Counted from the first letter of the stretch, positions 19,092 to 30,040 are shown. The stretch: DNA of 64,000 nt from Oscillospiraceae bacterium (GCA_017430455.1 JAFRMX010000010.1:40777-104776), one strand, 5' to 3'. Notes: a model not told the origin generated them from the letters alone. Numbers and translations are program-made.

Positions 19092-20516
19092 ATGAACAAT
19101 ACAGAAAAAACAATGGACAAGATCGTCGCTCTCTGCAAAAACCGCGGTTTCATATACCCCGGAAGCGAGATCTACGGCGGACTTGCCAATTCCTGGGACT
19201 ACGGTCCCCTCGGCACTGAGCTCAAGAACAATGTGAAGAAAGCATGGCTCAAGAAATTTGTCCAGGAAAACCCGTACAATGTCGGTCTTGATGCCGCTAT
19301 TCTGATGAATCCCCAGACGTGGGTCACCACCGGACATGTCGCCGGTTTTTCGGATCCTCTTCTCGACTGCCGTTCATGCAAGGCCAGACACAGAGCCGAT
19401 AAGCTGATAGGCGACGAGCACCCGGATGTGAATGTGGACGCGATGTCTTTCGATGAGATGGACGCCTTTATTGCATCACACGAGGAGATAATCTGCCCTG
19501 TTTGCGGAAACCACAATTTCACTCCGATCCGCAAGTTCAATCTGATGTTCAAGACCTCCATAGGCGTTACGGAGGACTCCTCCTCAGTCTGCTATCTCCG
19601 CCCGGAGACGGCTCAGGGAATTTTTGTCAACTTTGCAAACATTGCCCGTACAACGCGTAAAAAGCTCCCCTTCGGCGTATGCCAGGTGGGCAAGGCCTTC
19701 CGCAATGAGATCACCCCGGGTAATTTCATCTTCCGCACAAGAGAATTCGAACAGATGGAATGCGAATTCTTCTGCAAGCCGGGCACGGACCTCGAATGGT
19801 TCGAATACTGGAAGAACTTCTGCAAGAACTGGCTGCTCTCCCTCGGGATGAAAGAGGAGCATCTGCGTTTCCGCGATCACGAAAAGGCTGAGTTAGCTTT
19901 CTATTCGCGCGCGACTGCCGATATCGAATACACCTTCCCGTTCACGGACTGGGGCGAGGTCTGGGGCATTGCAGACCGAACCGACTACGATCTGAGCCGC
20001 CACCAGGAGGCCTCCGGCAGAGACCTGAGTTATTTCGACCAGGATACGAATGAGCGCTACATACCCTATGTCATTGAGCCATCGCTCGGCTGCGACAGAG
20101 TCATGCTGGCCTTCCTCTGCGAAGCCTATGACGAAGAGGTCGTAGGTCAGGACAAGAAGGGCAATGACGATATCAGAACGGTCCTTCATCTGCATCCCGC
20201 TCTCGCTCCCTTCAAGGCAGCTATACTCCCTCTCAGCAAGAAAGAGATCCTCACCGGGCCTGCTATGGAGCTCTACACAGAGCTCTGTAAAGAGTTCCCC
20301 GTCGACTATGACGAGACCGGCTCCATCGGGAAGCGCTACCGCCGCGAGGACGAGATCGGAACTCCGTTCTGCATCACTTTCGATTTCAACACGGTAGGCA
20401 CAGAGACCGATCCGGCTGACCATTGCGTGACTGTCCGCGACAGAGATACGATGGAACAGGTGCGTATTCCCATAAGCGAAGTAAAAACATATATCTCAGA
20501 GAGGATAAAGTTCTGA
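19092..20516 (+). CDS. glyQS: Glycine--tRNA ligase (homodimeric class II)
   Basis: 474 aa. [26 protein letters not shown] and [21 protein letters not shown] motifs. Confidence 0.95.
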   Translation: MNNTEKTMDKIVALCKNRGFIYPGSEIYGGLANSWDYGPLGTELKNNVKKAWLKKFVQENPYNVGLDAAILMNPQTWVTTGHVAGFSDPLLDCRSCKARHRADKLIGDEHPDVNVDAMSFDEMDAFIASHEEIICPVCGNHNFTPIRKFNLMFKTSIGVTEDSSSVCYLRPETAQGIFVNFANIARTTRKKLPFGVCQVGKAFRNEITPGNFIFRTREFEQMECEFFCKPGTDLEWFEYWKNFCKNWLLSLGMKEEHLRFRDHEKAELAFYSRATADIEYTFPFTDWGEVWGIADRTDYDLSRHQEASGRDLSYFDQDTNERYIPYVIEPSLGCDRVMLAFLCEAYDEEVVGQDKKGNDDIRTVLHLHPALAPFKAAILPLSKKEILTGPAMELYTELCKEFPVDYDETGSIGKRYRREDEIGTPFCITFDFNTVGTETDPADHCVTVRDRDTMEQVRIPISEVKTYISERIKF

Positions 20517-22309
20517 TGAAAGACGGATTTATAAAAGTTGCCGCTGCTTCACCCGTCATAAGCCTTGCGGCCACTGAAGCAAACGCATCTGTCATTTCCG
20601 AAACCATAGAAGAAGCATACGAAGCGGGCGTAAGAATAATAGTCTTTCCCGAGCTGACCGTTACAGGTTATACCTGCGGAGACTTTATTTCGCACAATGT
20701 GCTCCTCAGAGGCGCCAAAGAGGCTGTCGAAAAGATCGCGGTCTCCACTGCCGGGAAAAAGATCCTCTCTCTGGTCGGATTTCCCCAGGCCTGCGGCAGC
20801 CGTATCTGCAGCAGCGCGGCGGCAATATACGACGGAGAGATAATCGGTATTGCAAACTGCGAAGAGGATATCCTCTTCGAGTGCCCGGATATTCCGGGAC
20901 TTAAGGTCGGCGTGGAACTCGGCTCGGATTCCGATGAGATAATCCCGCCGTCTTATGACCTCGCAACAGAAGGCGCGACAGTCATCGCCAGAATGGCTTC
21001 CTTCCCTGCAAGCGTATACAGCTCAAAGGAAGAGGAGGACAGGTTAAAGGCCGATTCGAAAAAACTCAAATGCGGCATAATTTCTGCTGCTCCGGGCTAC
21101 GGCGAGTCCACGACCGACTTTGTATACACGGGTCTCTGCACCGTCGCTGAGAACGGCAAGATTCTCTCCGAATTTGAGGGTGAGGACGGCATGGCCATCT
21201 CCGAGCTCGATATAGACTACCTTATGAACATGAGACGCGCTGACGGAGGCTTCGATCTGCGCGAGAGCGAAAAAACTGTGCTCTGGAGCTGCCCGCTCGA
21301 GGAGACAAAACTCACAAGGAAATACAAAAAGTATCCGCAGCTCCCCGAAGATCCGGACGAGATGTACAGATACTGCGAGAGGATGATAGAGCTCCAGGTG
21401 TCCGGGCTTGTGCGGCGTATGAAGTTCGCGCATCTGGACCACACGGTCGTCGGGATCTCCGGAGGAGTCGATTCCACACTTGCGGTAATCATCTCTGCGC
21501 TTGCGATCTCCCAGATGGGACTTCCCTCCGAAAACTGCATTGCAGTGACTATGCCCTGCTTCGGGACCTCCTCACGCACCAAATCCAATGCTGTCGTAGT
21601 TGCAGAGCAGCTCGGCGCAGATGTGAGAGTTATCGATATAAGCAACTCTGTCAACATGCATTTCGACGATATAGGACATGCGAGAGACGACTACTCCGTG
21701 GCTTTTGAAAACGCCCAGGCGAGAGAACGTACCCAAGTGCTGATGGATCTGGCGAACAAATGCAACGGTCTCGATGTCGGGACAGAGGATCTGAGCGAAT
21801 ATGTGGACGGCTGGTGCACATATAACGGAGACCACACCAGCATGTACGATGTCAACATAGGGATGACCAAGACCCAGGTCAGAGCCGCGGTTACGCATAT
21901 CGCAAAGCATACGGAAAACAAGGTCCTTGCGAAGGCGCTCTTTGATGTGCTCGACTGCCCCGTAACTCCCGAGCTTTTGCCCATACACGACGACATGATA
22001 GAGCAGAAGAGTGAAGACGCAGTCGGTTCATACAATCTCCAGGACTTCTTCACCTGGTGCGTACTCAGATGCGGCTTTACGCCGAATAAGACTATACGCC
22101 TTGCGAACATTGCATATAATGACGAGTTTACGCATGAAGAGCTTGTACGCTGGATGACTTCATGGTGCAGACGCTATTTCACACAGCAGTTCAAACGCTC
22201 ATGCCTTATGGACGGGCCTACTATAGACGGCTTCTCCGTCTCTCCCAGAGTGGGATTCCTTATCCCGTCGGATGCCCAGTCATCAGCCTTCACGGGGGAC
22301 ATTAAGTAA
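20516..22309 (+). CDS. nadE: Glutamine-dependent NAD+ synthetase
   Basis: N-terminal CN-hydrolase domain and a C-terminal PP-loop (GISGGVDST). The start is taken at the ATG overlapping the glyQS stop ([16 protein letters not shown]...), not the track start at 20423. Confidence 0.85.
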   Translation: MKDGFIKVAAASPVISLAATEANASVISETIEEAYEAGVRIIVFPELTVTGYTCGDFISHNVLLRGAKEAVEKIAVSTAGKKILSLVGFPQACGSRICSSAAAIYDGEIIGIANCEEDILFECPDIPGLKVGVELGSDSDEIIPPSYDLATEGATVIARMASFPASVYSSKEEEDRLKADSKKLKCGIISAAPGYGESTTDFVYTGLCTVAENGKILSEFEGEDGMAISELDIDYLMNMRRADGGFDLRESEKTVLWSCPLEETKLTRKYKKYPQLPEDPDEMYRYCERMIELQVSGLVRRMKFAHLDHTVVGISGGVDSTLAVIISALAISQMGLPSENCIAVTMPCFGTSSRTKSNAVVVAEQLGADVRVIDISNSVNMHFDDIGHARDDYSVAFENAQARERTQVLMDLANKCNGLDVGTEDLSEYVDGWCTYNGDHTSMYDVNIGMTKTQVRAAVTHIAKHTENKVLAKALFDVLDCPVTPELLPIHDDMIEQKSEDAVGSYNLQDFFTWCVLRCGFTPNKTIRLANIAYNDEFTHEELVRWMTSWCRRYFTQQFKRSCLMDGPTIDGFSVSPRVGFLIPSDAQSSAFTGDIK

Positions 22310-22352
22310 TAACGATTTGCGAAAGACAAAAGCGGAGCTTTAAGGAGCAATT

Positions 22353-22973
22353 ATGAAACTTACATGGTACGGACATTCCTGCTTTAAATACGAATCGGAA
22401 AACTGTTCCGCAGTTTTTGATCCGTTCAGACCCGGAAGCGTAAGCGGATATAAAGATCTGCCTGAGCTTTCCGCTTCTGCCGTCTTCTGCAGCCATACAC
22501 ACGGTGACCATTTCTTCCCTGAAGCGGTGTCCCCGGACTACAGATTCTCGGATATGAAGGTAAAAAGGATCCCCTGCTTTCATGACGACTGTTCAGGGAA
22601 AAAACGCGGGCTGAATCTTATCACGGTTGTTGAGTGCGATAATATGAAGATCGCGCATCTCGGGGACCTGGGACACGTTCCCGATGAAGATATCCTTTCT
22701 GCCCTCAGAGGAACAGACATACTCATGATCCCTGTCGGAGGGTTTTATACGATAGGCCCCGAAACTGCCTATGATATGGTCAGAAAGATCTCCCCGAAGG
22801 TATGCGTCCCCATGCACTACAGGCAGGGTAAGCTCGGATATGACGTGATCTCAGAGCTGCAAGACTTTCTGAAGTTCTTCGCCAAAAATGAAGTCGTTTT
22901 TCTGAGCACAAATACTGTTACAGATCAGGACCTTGAAAAAGGCCTTGTCCTTATTCCAAAGTATATGGAATAA
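22353..22973 (+). CDS. MBL-fold metallo-hydrolase
   Basis: 206 aa. LTWYGHSCF and HTHGDH motifs. Confidence 0.8.
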   Translation: MKLTWYGHSCFKYESENCSAVFDPFRPGSVSGYKDLPELSASAVFCSHTHGDHFFPEAVSPDYRFSDMKVKRIPCFHDDCSGKKRGLNLITVVECDNMKIAHLGDLGHVPDEDILSALRGTDILMIPVGGFYTIGPETAYDMVRKISPKVCVPMHYRQGKLGYDVISELQDFLKFFAKNEVVFLSTNTVTDQDLEKGLVLIPKYME

Positions 22974-22996
22974 TATTTTTTCGGAAATATATCAAT

Positions 22997-23029
22997 AAAA
23001 CTCCCTGAAGTTTTTACTTCAGGGAGTTT
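22997..23029. terminator. Bidirectional terminator hairpin
   Basis: AAAACTCCCTGAAG-TTTTTA-CTTCAGGGAGTTT between the MBL gene (+) and the tRNA pair (-). Confidence 0.75.
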
Positions 23030-23030
23030 C

Positions 23031-23105
23031 TGGTGACCCGGACGAGAATCGAACTCGTGTTACCGCCGTGAAAGGGCGGTGTCTTAGCCGCTTGACCACC
23101 GGGCC
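23031..23105 (-). tRNA. tRNA-Glu (anticodon UUC), CCA encoded
   Basis: GGCCCGGTGGTCAAGCGGCTAAGACACCGCCCTTTCACGGCGGTAACACGAGTTCGATTCTCGTCCGGGTCACCA. Confidence 0.9.
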
Positions 23106-23139
23106 GCATAAAGTGCAGACTTTCATCTGCACTTATTAC

Positions 23140-23216
23140 TGGTAGCGGCACCTGGATTTGAACCGGGGACACTGCGGGTATGAACCGCATGCTCTAGCCA
23201 GCTGAGCTATGCCGCC
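23140..23216 (-). tRNA. tRNA with CAU anticodon (elongator Met most likely; Ile2 not excluded), CCA encoded
   Basis: GGCGGCATAGCTCAGCTGGCTAGAGCATGCGGTTCATACCCGCAGTGTCCCCGGTTCAAATCCAGGTGCCGCTACCA. Confidence 0.85.
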
Positions 23217-23229
23217 AAACGTAGTAGTG

Positions 23230-23258
23230 ATTTTAGCAAAAGTGGCTCTGCTTGTCAA
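23230..23258 (-). promoter_or_regulatory. Sigma-A promoter for the tRNA-Met/tRNA-Glu pair
   Basis: Minus strand: TTGACA (23258-23253), 17-nt spacer, TAAAAT (23235-23230). Confidence 0.7.
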
Positions 23259-23275
23259 TAAGATTTTGCCGAAAA

Positions 23276-24052
23276 TTACTCTTTTTTCCTGTTTTTATCG
23301 TACAGAACCCAGAGTCCTTTTAACAGCAGCTCTCCGTCCACGGAGATATCCTTTCTTTTGCAATACGGGATAATGGACGGAGCAAGACCGCCCGTCGCGA
23401 CGACACTGCATTTTTCTCCGAGTTCTTCTTCCATCTTCTCTATCATGCCGTCTATAAGGAAGGCCGTTCCGTAGACGCTTCCGCTGCGCATGCTGTCAAC
23501 CGTATTTGTAGCGATAACTTTCTCAGGCCCCATCAGAGAGATGGCCGGAAGAAGGCTTGTACCGCCCGCAAGCGCGCTGAGACCCAGGTTTACGCCCGGC
23601 ACTATAGCACCGCCGAGATACTCGTTTTTCCCGTTGATGACCACTATAGTCGTGGCAGTTCCCATGTCGAGAACGATAACGGGCGTGCCATAATACTTCA
23701 TCGCTCCGACGCTTCCTGCGACGATATCGCCTGCAAGCGTTCCGGGGTCGTCAATCCTGACGTTCATGCCAGTCTTTATTCCTGCTCCGACAGTCATGCA
23801 ATCGGTCCCGGTCACGGCCTTTACTGCCCTCTTTATGGAAGAGACGGTCTCAGGTACGACCGAAGAGAGGATCGAGCCTTCAATATTTTTCTCATAGATG
23901 CCCCTATACTGAAGTACATCCTTGAGCTTGATCGCAAACTCCGTATCGGTCATGTTCTTTTCCGTGCGGAGCCTGTCTGTTGAGAGAATGTTCCCGTTCT
24001 CGATGCAGCCGAGAACTATGTGGGTATTTCCTACATCTATTGCAAGGATCAT
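23276..24052 (-). CDS. coaX: Type III pantothenate kinase
   Basis: MILAIDVGNTHIVLG start and ASKHA-fold motifs (DMGTATT, GGLA). Confidence 0.9.
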   Translation of the reverse strand: MILAIDVGNTHIVLGCIENGNILSTDRLRTEKNMTDTEFAIKLKDVLQYRGIYEKNIEGSILSSVVPETVSSIKRAVKAVTGTDCMTVGAGIKTGMNVRIDDPGTLAGDIVAGSVGAMKYYGTPVIVLDMGTATTIVVINGKNEYLGGAIVPGVNLGLSALAGGTSLLPAISLMGPEKVIATNTVDSMRSGSVYGTAFLIDGMIEKMEEELGEKCSVVATGGLAPSIIPYCKRKDISVDGELLLKGLWVLYDKNRKKE

Positions 24053-24056
24053 AATG

Positions 24057-24659
24057 TCATGTCCAGGCCTTTCTGCCGAATTTTACAAGACGTACGATTG
24101 TCGGACTGAGAATGATATTCACGGCAAGCTCAATCAGGAAGTTGGCTCCGACGAGACCTACGATCATATAACTGCCGACATTTGCTCCAAAGCCTGCCCC
24201 TACAGCCCACTCGCTGATCGTATCAAAGAAGAAGAGCCTGCAGCCTAACAGGAACAGGCCGGTATTGACCACAGGGCATACCACTGCCGCGCATACCGCA
24301 GCGAGCAGTTCGTTTTTGTTTTTCAGAGCCCTGTAGACAATCCCGGAGAGAAGTCCCGCCATAGCACCCTTGAGAAGGACCGTGAGCACTGTTCCGAGAG
24401 GGTTGATCGTCAAGAACGCGGCGGCGTCGCCTGAAACGAGCACTGCAACCCCGAATGCAAATCCGAGCCAGAGGCCTGAATAAGCGCCGTAGAGGGCCGC
24501 TCCTACGACTATAGGGACCAAAACCAGAGAAATCGAAAAAGGTCCGAAACGCACAAAAGACCCCAGCACCTGAAGAACAAAGACTATTGCCGTGAGCAAA
24601 GCTGTTCCGACCAGATTTCTGAGCCCTTTGGATGAACCGCGACTGGATGTGTCTGCCAT
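24057..24659 (-). CDS. ECF-transporter S component. Substrate not assignable; pantothenate is suggested only by linkage to coaX.
   Basis: 200 aa, about 6 TM segments, a small hydrophobic protein immediately upstream of coaX. Confidence 0.6.
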   Translation of the reverse strand: MADTSSRGSSKGLRNLVGTALLTAIVFVLQVLGSFVRFGPFSISLVLVPIVVGAALYGAYSGLWLGFAFGVAVLVSGDAAAFLTINPLGTVLTVLLKGAMAGLLSGIVYRALKNKNELLAAVCAAVVCPVVNTGLFLLGCRLFFFDTISEWAVGAGFGANVGSYMIVGLVGANFLIELAVNIILSPTIVRLVKFGRKAWT

Positions 24660-24707
24660 ATTAAATTCCTCCTGCTGTCGCTCCTTAAGCGGATGCGGCG
24701 CAAGAGG

Positions 24708-24736
24708 AATGTAGCACTTTTTGCTTTTTGTGTCAA
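24708..24736 (-). promoter_or_regulatory. Sigma-A promoter for the S-component/coaX operon
   Basis: Minus strand: TTGACA (24736-24731), 17-nt spacer, TACATT (24713-24708). Confidence 0.6.
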
Positions 24737-24740
24737 CAGA

Positions 24741-25598
24741 TCAATTGTAAATAATTCTTGTCTCGCCCGGGACATAATTCTCTGCCGTGAAATCTCCGTA
24801 TATCGCGCCGTTTTCGCTGTACAGCGATATCTTTTTCTCGGCTTTACCGCAGGTAAAAGACCAAGAGCCCGAAACAAGCCTGATGTCATTCTCCGCGTAT
24901 ACGCAACATGAGGTTCCGAGCGTTGTTTCAGTACATTTTCCGCAGGACAGATTCAGGTCCGAGCTTTCTGACATGAAAGATCTACATACTATACAGTACG
25001 GATAAGCTGCATCCCCGATCCCTGCGGATATCCTGCTCCCGGAAACCGAAAGATCTCCGTCACAGTATATGCAATAGCTTCCGCGGTCAGCGCTTACGGA
25101 TGAAAGCGAAAGACTGCTGTTTTTTATCTCAAGGTCTCCGGAACAGGCAATGCAACCGACAAGTTCGCATGTGCCGAGAGTATTGATCTCAAGCTTTCCT
25201 CCGCTTATCGACAGGCTTTTCTCCGCGTCGACGGCATAAGCGCTGCTACTGTCCGTATCCGTCTCCAGAGAGATGCTGTTTTCGGTCCCGGGACTCAGAA
25301 CAAGGGAGACATCATCCTTGAAATATATCCCGCAATTGCCCCTTATGACCAGATCCAGCCCGCTTAAAGTCAGTTCTTTTCCGTTTCCCGAATAATACTC
25401 GGATTCGAAAATCTCTCCGTCCGGACGGCCCTTGTGCAGGAAACCGTCTTCCGTGCTGTAGAAAAGCGCTGCGTCAGCGATCTGTGATCGGATCTGATCT
25501 TTATCTCCGCCTGTAATCTTTATCTCTGTTGTTTTCCCGCATGCGCACAGGGAAATGATTATTGCGCAAACAATTGTGAAAACGGCTGCTTTTTTCAT
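24741..25598 (-). CDS. Lipoprotein with beta-helix-like internal repeats, function unknown
   Basis: Signal peptide plus lipobox (IISLCACGK). Cys-rich repeats (LSISGG.LEI, LSVSGSRI). Confidence 0.7.
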   Translation of the reverse strand: MKKAAVFTIVCAIIISLCACGKTTEIKITGGDKDQIRSQIADAALFYSTEDGFLHKGRPDGEIFESEYYSGNGKELTLSGLDLVIRGNCGIYFKDDVSLVLSPGTENSISLETDTDSSSAYAVDAEKSLSISGGKLEINTLGTCELVGCIACSGDLEIKNSSLSLSSVSADRGSYCIYCDGDLSVSGSRISAGIGDAAYPYCIVCRSFMSESSDLNLSCGKCTETTLGTSCCVYAENDIRLVSGSWSFTCGKAEKKISLYSENGAIYGDFTAENYVPGETRIIYN

Positions 25599-26404
25599 TT
25601 CAGCTTCGAGCCGGCATAAACAGACGCGTCAAACAGTTCTTCCGAGATTCTTGAAAGCTGGTTGTACTTGACCAGGGCGGGGCCCTTCATTTCTCCCGCA
25701 TAATAAAACGGAGCATTTATTGCAACCGAGAGATCTGCCGTAAAGGTTTCATCAGTACAGTCTTTTGAGGCATCTATTGCTGCTGCGCATCCGCTTCTGA
25801 GCGCAACCGAAACAGCATCCAGGATACAGGTCAGGGTCGGATAATCGGAAGGTACAATGAAAGCTGTCTCCTCCTTTTCCTCATCTGTAACAGAAGCGAA
25901 GGCTTCTTTTCTGTCTTCATAATCAAAGCAGAGCTCCATTGCCTCATTCCAGTCATCTGCCTCTGCGGGTACAACAGCTCCGCTTTCACACAGCACAACC
26001 GGAACCGGAAGGGTTTTTGCGTTTACCCCTCCAATATAATTGTAAAGGCCCACTCCGCTGGCCTCCGCAGCAGCTTTTGCAACAGCAAGGGACGCACCGA
26101 GAACCGCACCTGTTCCGAGTCTCGAGCACTCTTTGGTTCCGTCTATCTCCAGCAGCATATTATCTATTGCCGTCTGATCGAGAGCATTGAGCCCCAGAAG
26201 GGCCTCCTGTATTTCCGTATTTATATTTTCGACAGCAAGACCGACTTTTTTCCCGCCTGTGCTCTCCTCAAATAGTGCTGCAGGCACTGCTGCTCTTCCG
26301 ACTGTTCCGTCATCCAGGGTTACTTCCGCTTCAAGAGCAGGGGCTCCGTTAAGGTCTGCTGTCTTCCTTGCCAGGACGTCAACGATTTCAAAATACTGTT
26401 TCAT
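25595..26404 (-). CDS. Truncated enolase-like protein (N-terminal domain and C-terminal helix only)
   Basis: 269 aa from the ATG with a GGAGG RBS (MKQYFEIVDVLARK...). It aligns by eye with the window's true enolase over the N-domain (LGTGAVLGASLAVAKAAAEASGVGLYNYIGG) and over the C-terminal KYNQLSRISEEL. The central barrel is missing. Confidence 0.7.
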   Translation of the reverse strand: MKQYFEIVDVLARKTADLNGAPALEAEVTLDDGTVGRAAVPAALFEESTGGKKVGLAVENINTEIQEALLGLNALDQTAIDNMLLEIDGTKECSRLGTGAVLGASLAVAKAAAEASGVGLYNYIGGVNAKTLPVPVVLCESGAVVPAEADDWNEAMELCFDYEDRKEAFASVTDEEKEETAFIVPSDYPTLTCILDAVSVALRSGCAAAIDASKDCTDETFTADLSVAINAPFYYAGEMKGPALVKYNQLSRISEELFDASVYAGSKLK

Positions 26405-26583
26405 GGATCTGCCTCCGTCCGAACTTTTTATCATTATGAAGTATAAAATCGCCTTTGTCATGTGTCAAGCTCAGATGCTCTGTTTTTTTGTATATATTGT
26501 ATAAATTGTATAATAATGCTCCTTTTTCTTTAGTGTCATTTAACGATTTTATTCATATTGTACAAATAAGTGTGTTTTGCGTG

Positions 26584-26612
26584 TTGAAAAAAGGGCCTCT
26601 TTAGGGTAAAAT
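26584..26612 (+). promoter_or_regulatory. Sigma-A promoter for hppA
   Basis: TTGAAA, 17-nt spacer, TAAAAT. Confidence 0.6.
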
Positions 26613-26645
26613 AACCAAGTCATAATAATATAGCAAAGGAAGTTG

Positions 26646-28646
26646 ATGATTATGCAGGTAATGATCTGGTCAGCCCCGGTTTTGGCAGCATGTGCGCTGC
26701 TTTTCGCTTTTTACAAAGCTTTATACGTAAAAAAAGCGGCACCGGGCAATGAAAGGATGCAGGAAATAGCAGCTGCCATAGCTGAAGGCGCCAATGCTTT
26801 TCTCGTATCCGAATACAAGATCCTTGCTGTCTTCGTTGCTGCTCTTTTTGTTCTTATAGGTCTGTTCATTGGTTGGGAAACTGCCGTGTGTTTTCTTGCA
26901 GGCGCGCTGTTCTCAATTCTTGCAGGCTTCTTCGGCATGAGAACTGCAACCAAAGCCAATGTCCGTACTGCCAACGCCGCAATGACCGGCGGTATGAACA
27001 AGGCTCTGAGTGTTGCCTTTGCAGGCGGCTCAGTTATGGGTATGTGTGTTGTCGGTCTCGGACTTCTCGGCGTTTCGCTGATTTACATTCTGACACACAA
27101 CTATAATATCCTCTTTGGTTTCTCGCTCGGAGCTTCCAGTATCGCTCTCTTTGCCCGTGTGGGCGGCGGTATCTATACAAAAGCCGCTGACGTCGGAGCC
27201 GACCTGGTTGGAAAAGTCGAAGCGGGAATCCCTGAAGACGACCCCAGAAACCCCGCAGTCATAGCGGACAACGTCGGCGACAATGTGGGCGACGTGGCAG
27301 GCATGGGCGCGGACCTTTTCGAATCCTATGTCGGTGCCATTGTTTCGGCTGTCACTCTGGGTGCGGCAGAAGCCAGAGGTCTGTTTGACGGGGCCGGAAT
27401 AGCATATCCCCTGGTCATTTCCGCTCTCGGAATTCTTGCGTCCATCATAGCCACATTCTTTGTCAGAGGAAAAGACAATTCAAACCCCCACAAAGCTCTC
27501 AAAGCCGGCTCTTATGTCTCTTCTGCAATCGTGGCTGTCGTGTCTTTAGTTTTCAGCTTCACGTTCTTCGGCCAGATAATCTATGCACTTGCAATCATTG
27601 CCGGTATCCTCGTCGGTCTCGTTATCGGATACATGACTGAAGTCTATACATCAGAAGATTACAAGTCGGTCAAAAGAATCGCCGATCAGTCAGAGACAGG
27701 CAGTGCCACTACAATAATCTCCGGTATAGCGGTCGGCATGAGAAGCACTACCATTCCCATTCTCCTGATATGCGTCGGTATCTTTATATCCTATTTCGCG
27801 ACCGGAGATCTGTACGGAATCGCATTGGCAGCAGTTGGAATGCTCTCAACTACCGGAATCACTGTTGCCGTCGACGCATACGGACCTGTTGCGGATAACG
27901 CAGGCGGAATTTCAGAAATGTCGGATCTCGATGAAAGCGTCAGAGAAATAACGGACAAGCTCGACGCAGTCGGAAATACTACTGCGGCAATGGGCAAGGG
28001 CTTCGCGATCGGTTCCGCTGCTCTGACAGCGCTGGCGCTGTTTGTGTCCTATGCGAACGAAGTAAAGCTCAATTCCATCAATATCCTGACTCCGAACGTT
28101 GTCATAGGTCTTCTTATCGGAGGTATGCTTCCTTTCGCCTTCTCCGCGATGACGATGGATTCCGTCTCCAAGGCTGCTTATAAGATGATCGAGGAAGTCA
28201 GAAGACAGTTCCGCGAGATCCCCGGTATTCTTGACGGAAAGGCCAAGCCGGATTACGGCACCTGTGTCAGCATCTCCACCAAAGCAGCTCTTCACGAGAT
28301 GATTCTTCCCGGAGTCATGGCTGTCGTAGCTCCTCTGCTTGTAGGATTGCTTCTCGGCCCCGAAGCTCTCGGCGGACTTCTCGCAGGTTCGCTGGTGACC
28401 GGTGTTCTGCTTGCGATATTCATGTCCAACTCCGGCGGAGCATGGGATAACGCGAAGAAGTTCATTGAAGAAGGCCACCATGGCGGAAAGGGCTCCAGTG
28501 CCCACAAGGCTGCTGTCGTCGGTGATACGGTCGGCGACCCGTTCAAGGACACCTCAGGCCCGAGCCTGAACATCCTCATCAAGCTCATGACCGTCGTTTC
28601 TCTGGTCTTTGCCCCGATCTTTATCAAGTTCGGCGGCCTACTGTAA
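26646..28646 (+). CDS. hppA: Membrane-bound proton/sodium-translocating pyrophosphatase
   Basis: About 666 aa and polytopic. [29 protein letters not shown] and [11 protein letters not shown] motifs. Confidence 0.95.
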   Translation: MIMQVMIWSAPVLAACALLFAFYKALYVKKAAPGNERMQEIAAAIAEGANAFLVSEYKILAVFVAALFVLIGLFIGWETAVCFLAGALFSILAGFFGMRTATKANVRTANAAMTGGMNKALSVAFAGGSVMGMCVVGLGLLGVSLIYILTHNYNILFGFSLGASSIALFARVGGGIYTKAADVGADLVGKVEAGIPEDDPRNPAVIADNVGDNVGDVAGMGADLFESYVGAIVSAVTLGAAEARGLFDGAGIAYPLVISALGILASIIATFFVRGKDNSNPHKALKAGSYVSSAIVAVVSLVFSFTFFGQIIYALAIIAGILVGLVIGYMTEVYTSEDYKSVKRIADQSETGSATTIISGIAVGMRSTTIPILLICVGIFISYFATGDLYGIALAAVGMLSTTGITVAVDAYGPVADNAGGISEMSDLDESVREITDKLDAVGNTTAAMGKGFAIGSAALTALALFVSYANEVKLNSINILTPNVVIGLLIGGMLPFAFSAMTMDSVSKAAYKMIEEVRRQFREIPGILDGKAKPDYGTCVSISTKAALHEMILPGVMAVVAPLLVGLLLGPEALGGLLAGSLVTGVLLAIFMSNSGGAWDNAKKFIEEGHHGGKGSSAHKAAVVGDTVGDPFKDTSGPSLNILIKLMTVVSLVFAPIFIKFGGLL

Positions 28647-28666
28647 TTCATATATCAGGTAAATCA

Positions 28667-28705
28667 CCGGCAGATTCCGGATTGCTCCGGACTCTGCCGG
28701 TTTTT
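28667..28705 (+). terminator. Rho-independent terminator
   Basis: CCGGCAGA...TCTGCCGG stem followed by TTTTT. Confidence 0.8.
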
Positions 28706-28824
28706 ATGGGGCATTTGCCTGAAAAAGCATCTGAATTGTCTCAGAAGTTAAAACCAAATAAGCTTGTTTTCTTATCGGACTTAAAGTATAATGTCCAAAG
28801 TTTCAGTATCGAGGTTCAAATCAA

Positions 28825-30015
28825 GTGAAGAGCAGAAAAAGAAAAAACAAAACTCCCGTTATCGTCGAAAGCATTCTGTTTGTGCTGATGCTTGCGGCAA
28901 CGGTCTTCATAGTCAGAGAAAGAGGCTACACTCCGGAAACTCCCGCCGTAACACCCTCTCCGGTGATCACGGCTTCTCCGATTCCCGAGGTGACTCCTAC
29001 GCCTGAGATCACCCCTTCTCCGACTCCGGAGCCCGAACCCGAATATTTTACGTTCTCGTTCATTGGAGACTGCACCATCTGCTCCCACCAGAAGACGACG
29101 GATTATGAGGACAAAATGAATGGCGACTACAGCTATCCGTTCAAAAACACCGTCTCGTATTTCGAATCCGACGATCTCACTGTGGCAAATCTCGAATGCA
29201 CTATATCTGAAAAAGTGAGATGGTCAGCAGATACCTTCTATTTCCAGACGAAACCGGAGGCGCTGAATATCTTCCTGGAAGGCGGAGTGGATTTTGTGAC
29301 GACCGCCAACAACCATATGGACGATTTCGGCCAGGACGGAGCTGATGACACATACGCCTCACTCGAACAATTCGGTATCCCTTACGGCAAAGAAAATGAA
29401 GCTCAGATCATAACGGTCGGTGACGATCTCAAGGTCGGCATCTACTGTGCAGGAACAGACCTGGCACCTTCACAGAGTAAAGCCATCGAAGGAATAGAAA
29501 GCCTTAAAGAGCAGGGAGCAGATTATATAATCTGTGCCTTCCATTGGGGTCAGGAGCTCCAGTATACGCCTTCCCAGAGCCAGGTTGATCTTGCCCACGC
29601 TTCAATCGATGCCGGAGCGGATGTCGTATACGGAAGCCATCCTCATGTCCTCCAGCCTATTGAAGAATACGGCGACGGGCTGATCCTGTACAGTATGAGC
29701 AACTGGACCTTTGGCGGCAGCACATCACCGAGCGATGCCGACACCGCAATAGTGCAGGTGAAGGTAAAGAGAGATATCGACGGAAGCATTTCTACAGACG
29801 GATTTGATGTCATCCCCTGCGGAGTCAGCAGCAATATGGACGGGATCATTCAGCACGATACAAGTAAAGGCTATTATTACAACGACTACTGTCCCACACC
29901 CTATGAAGAAGATTTCAAGCACTTTGACCTCGTCATGCAGAAGCTTTCGGGAGAATTTGAAGGAAGCCTACAGGTCGACTACACCGGCTGGTACGCATCT
30001 TATGCAGACGGCTGA
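28825..30015 (+). CDS. CapA-family (PGA_cap) metallophosphatase-like protein, membrane anchored
   Basis: GTG start, N-terminal TM segment, Pro/Thr-rich linker, then FSFIGD...ANLE...TTANNH...HWG motifs. Confidence 0.8.
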   Translation: MKSRKRKNKTPVIVESILFVLMLAATVFIVRERGYTPETPAVTPSPVITASPIPEVTPTPEITPSPTPEPEPEYFTFSFIGDCTICSHQKTTDYEDKMNGDYSYPFKNTVSYFESDDLTVANLECTISEKVRWSADTFYFQTKPEALNIFLEGGVDFVTTANNHMDDFGQDGADDTYASLEQFGIPYGKENEAQIITVGDDLKVGIYCAGTDLAPSQSKAIEGIESLKEQGADYIICAFHWGQELQYTPSQSQVDLAHASIDAGADVVYGSHPHVLQPIEEYGDGLILYSMSNWTFGGSTSPSDADTAIVQVKVKRDIDGSISTDGFDVIPCGVSSNMDGIIQHDTSKGYYYNDYCPTPYEEDFKHFDLVMQKLSGEFEGSLQVDYTGWYASYADG

Positions 30016-30040
30016 GATTTTTAAGTAAATACGTAAATAT

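Noticed and set aside
20423-20515. Longer N-terminal extension of nadE given in the ORF track
   Set aside because: The extension lies entirely inside the glyQS coding region. The ATG at 20516 overlaps the glyQS stop (TGATG) and yields the typical [12 protein letters not shown]-terminus.
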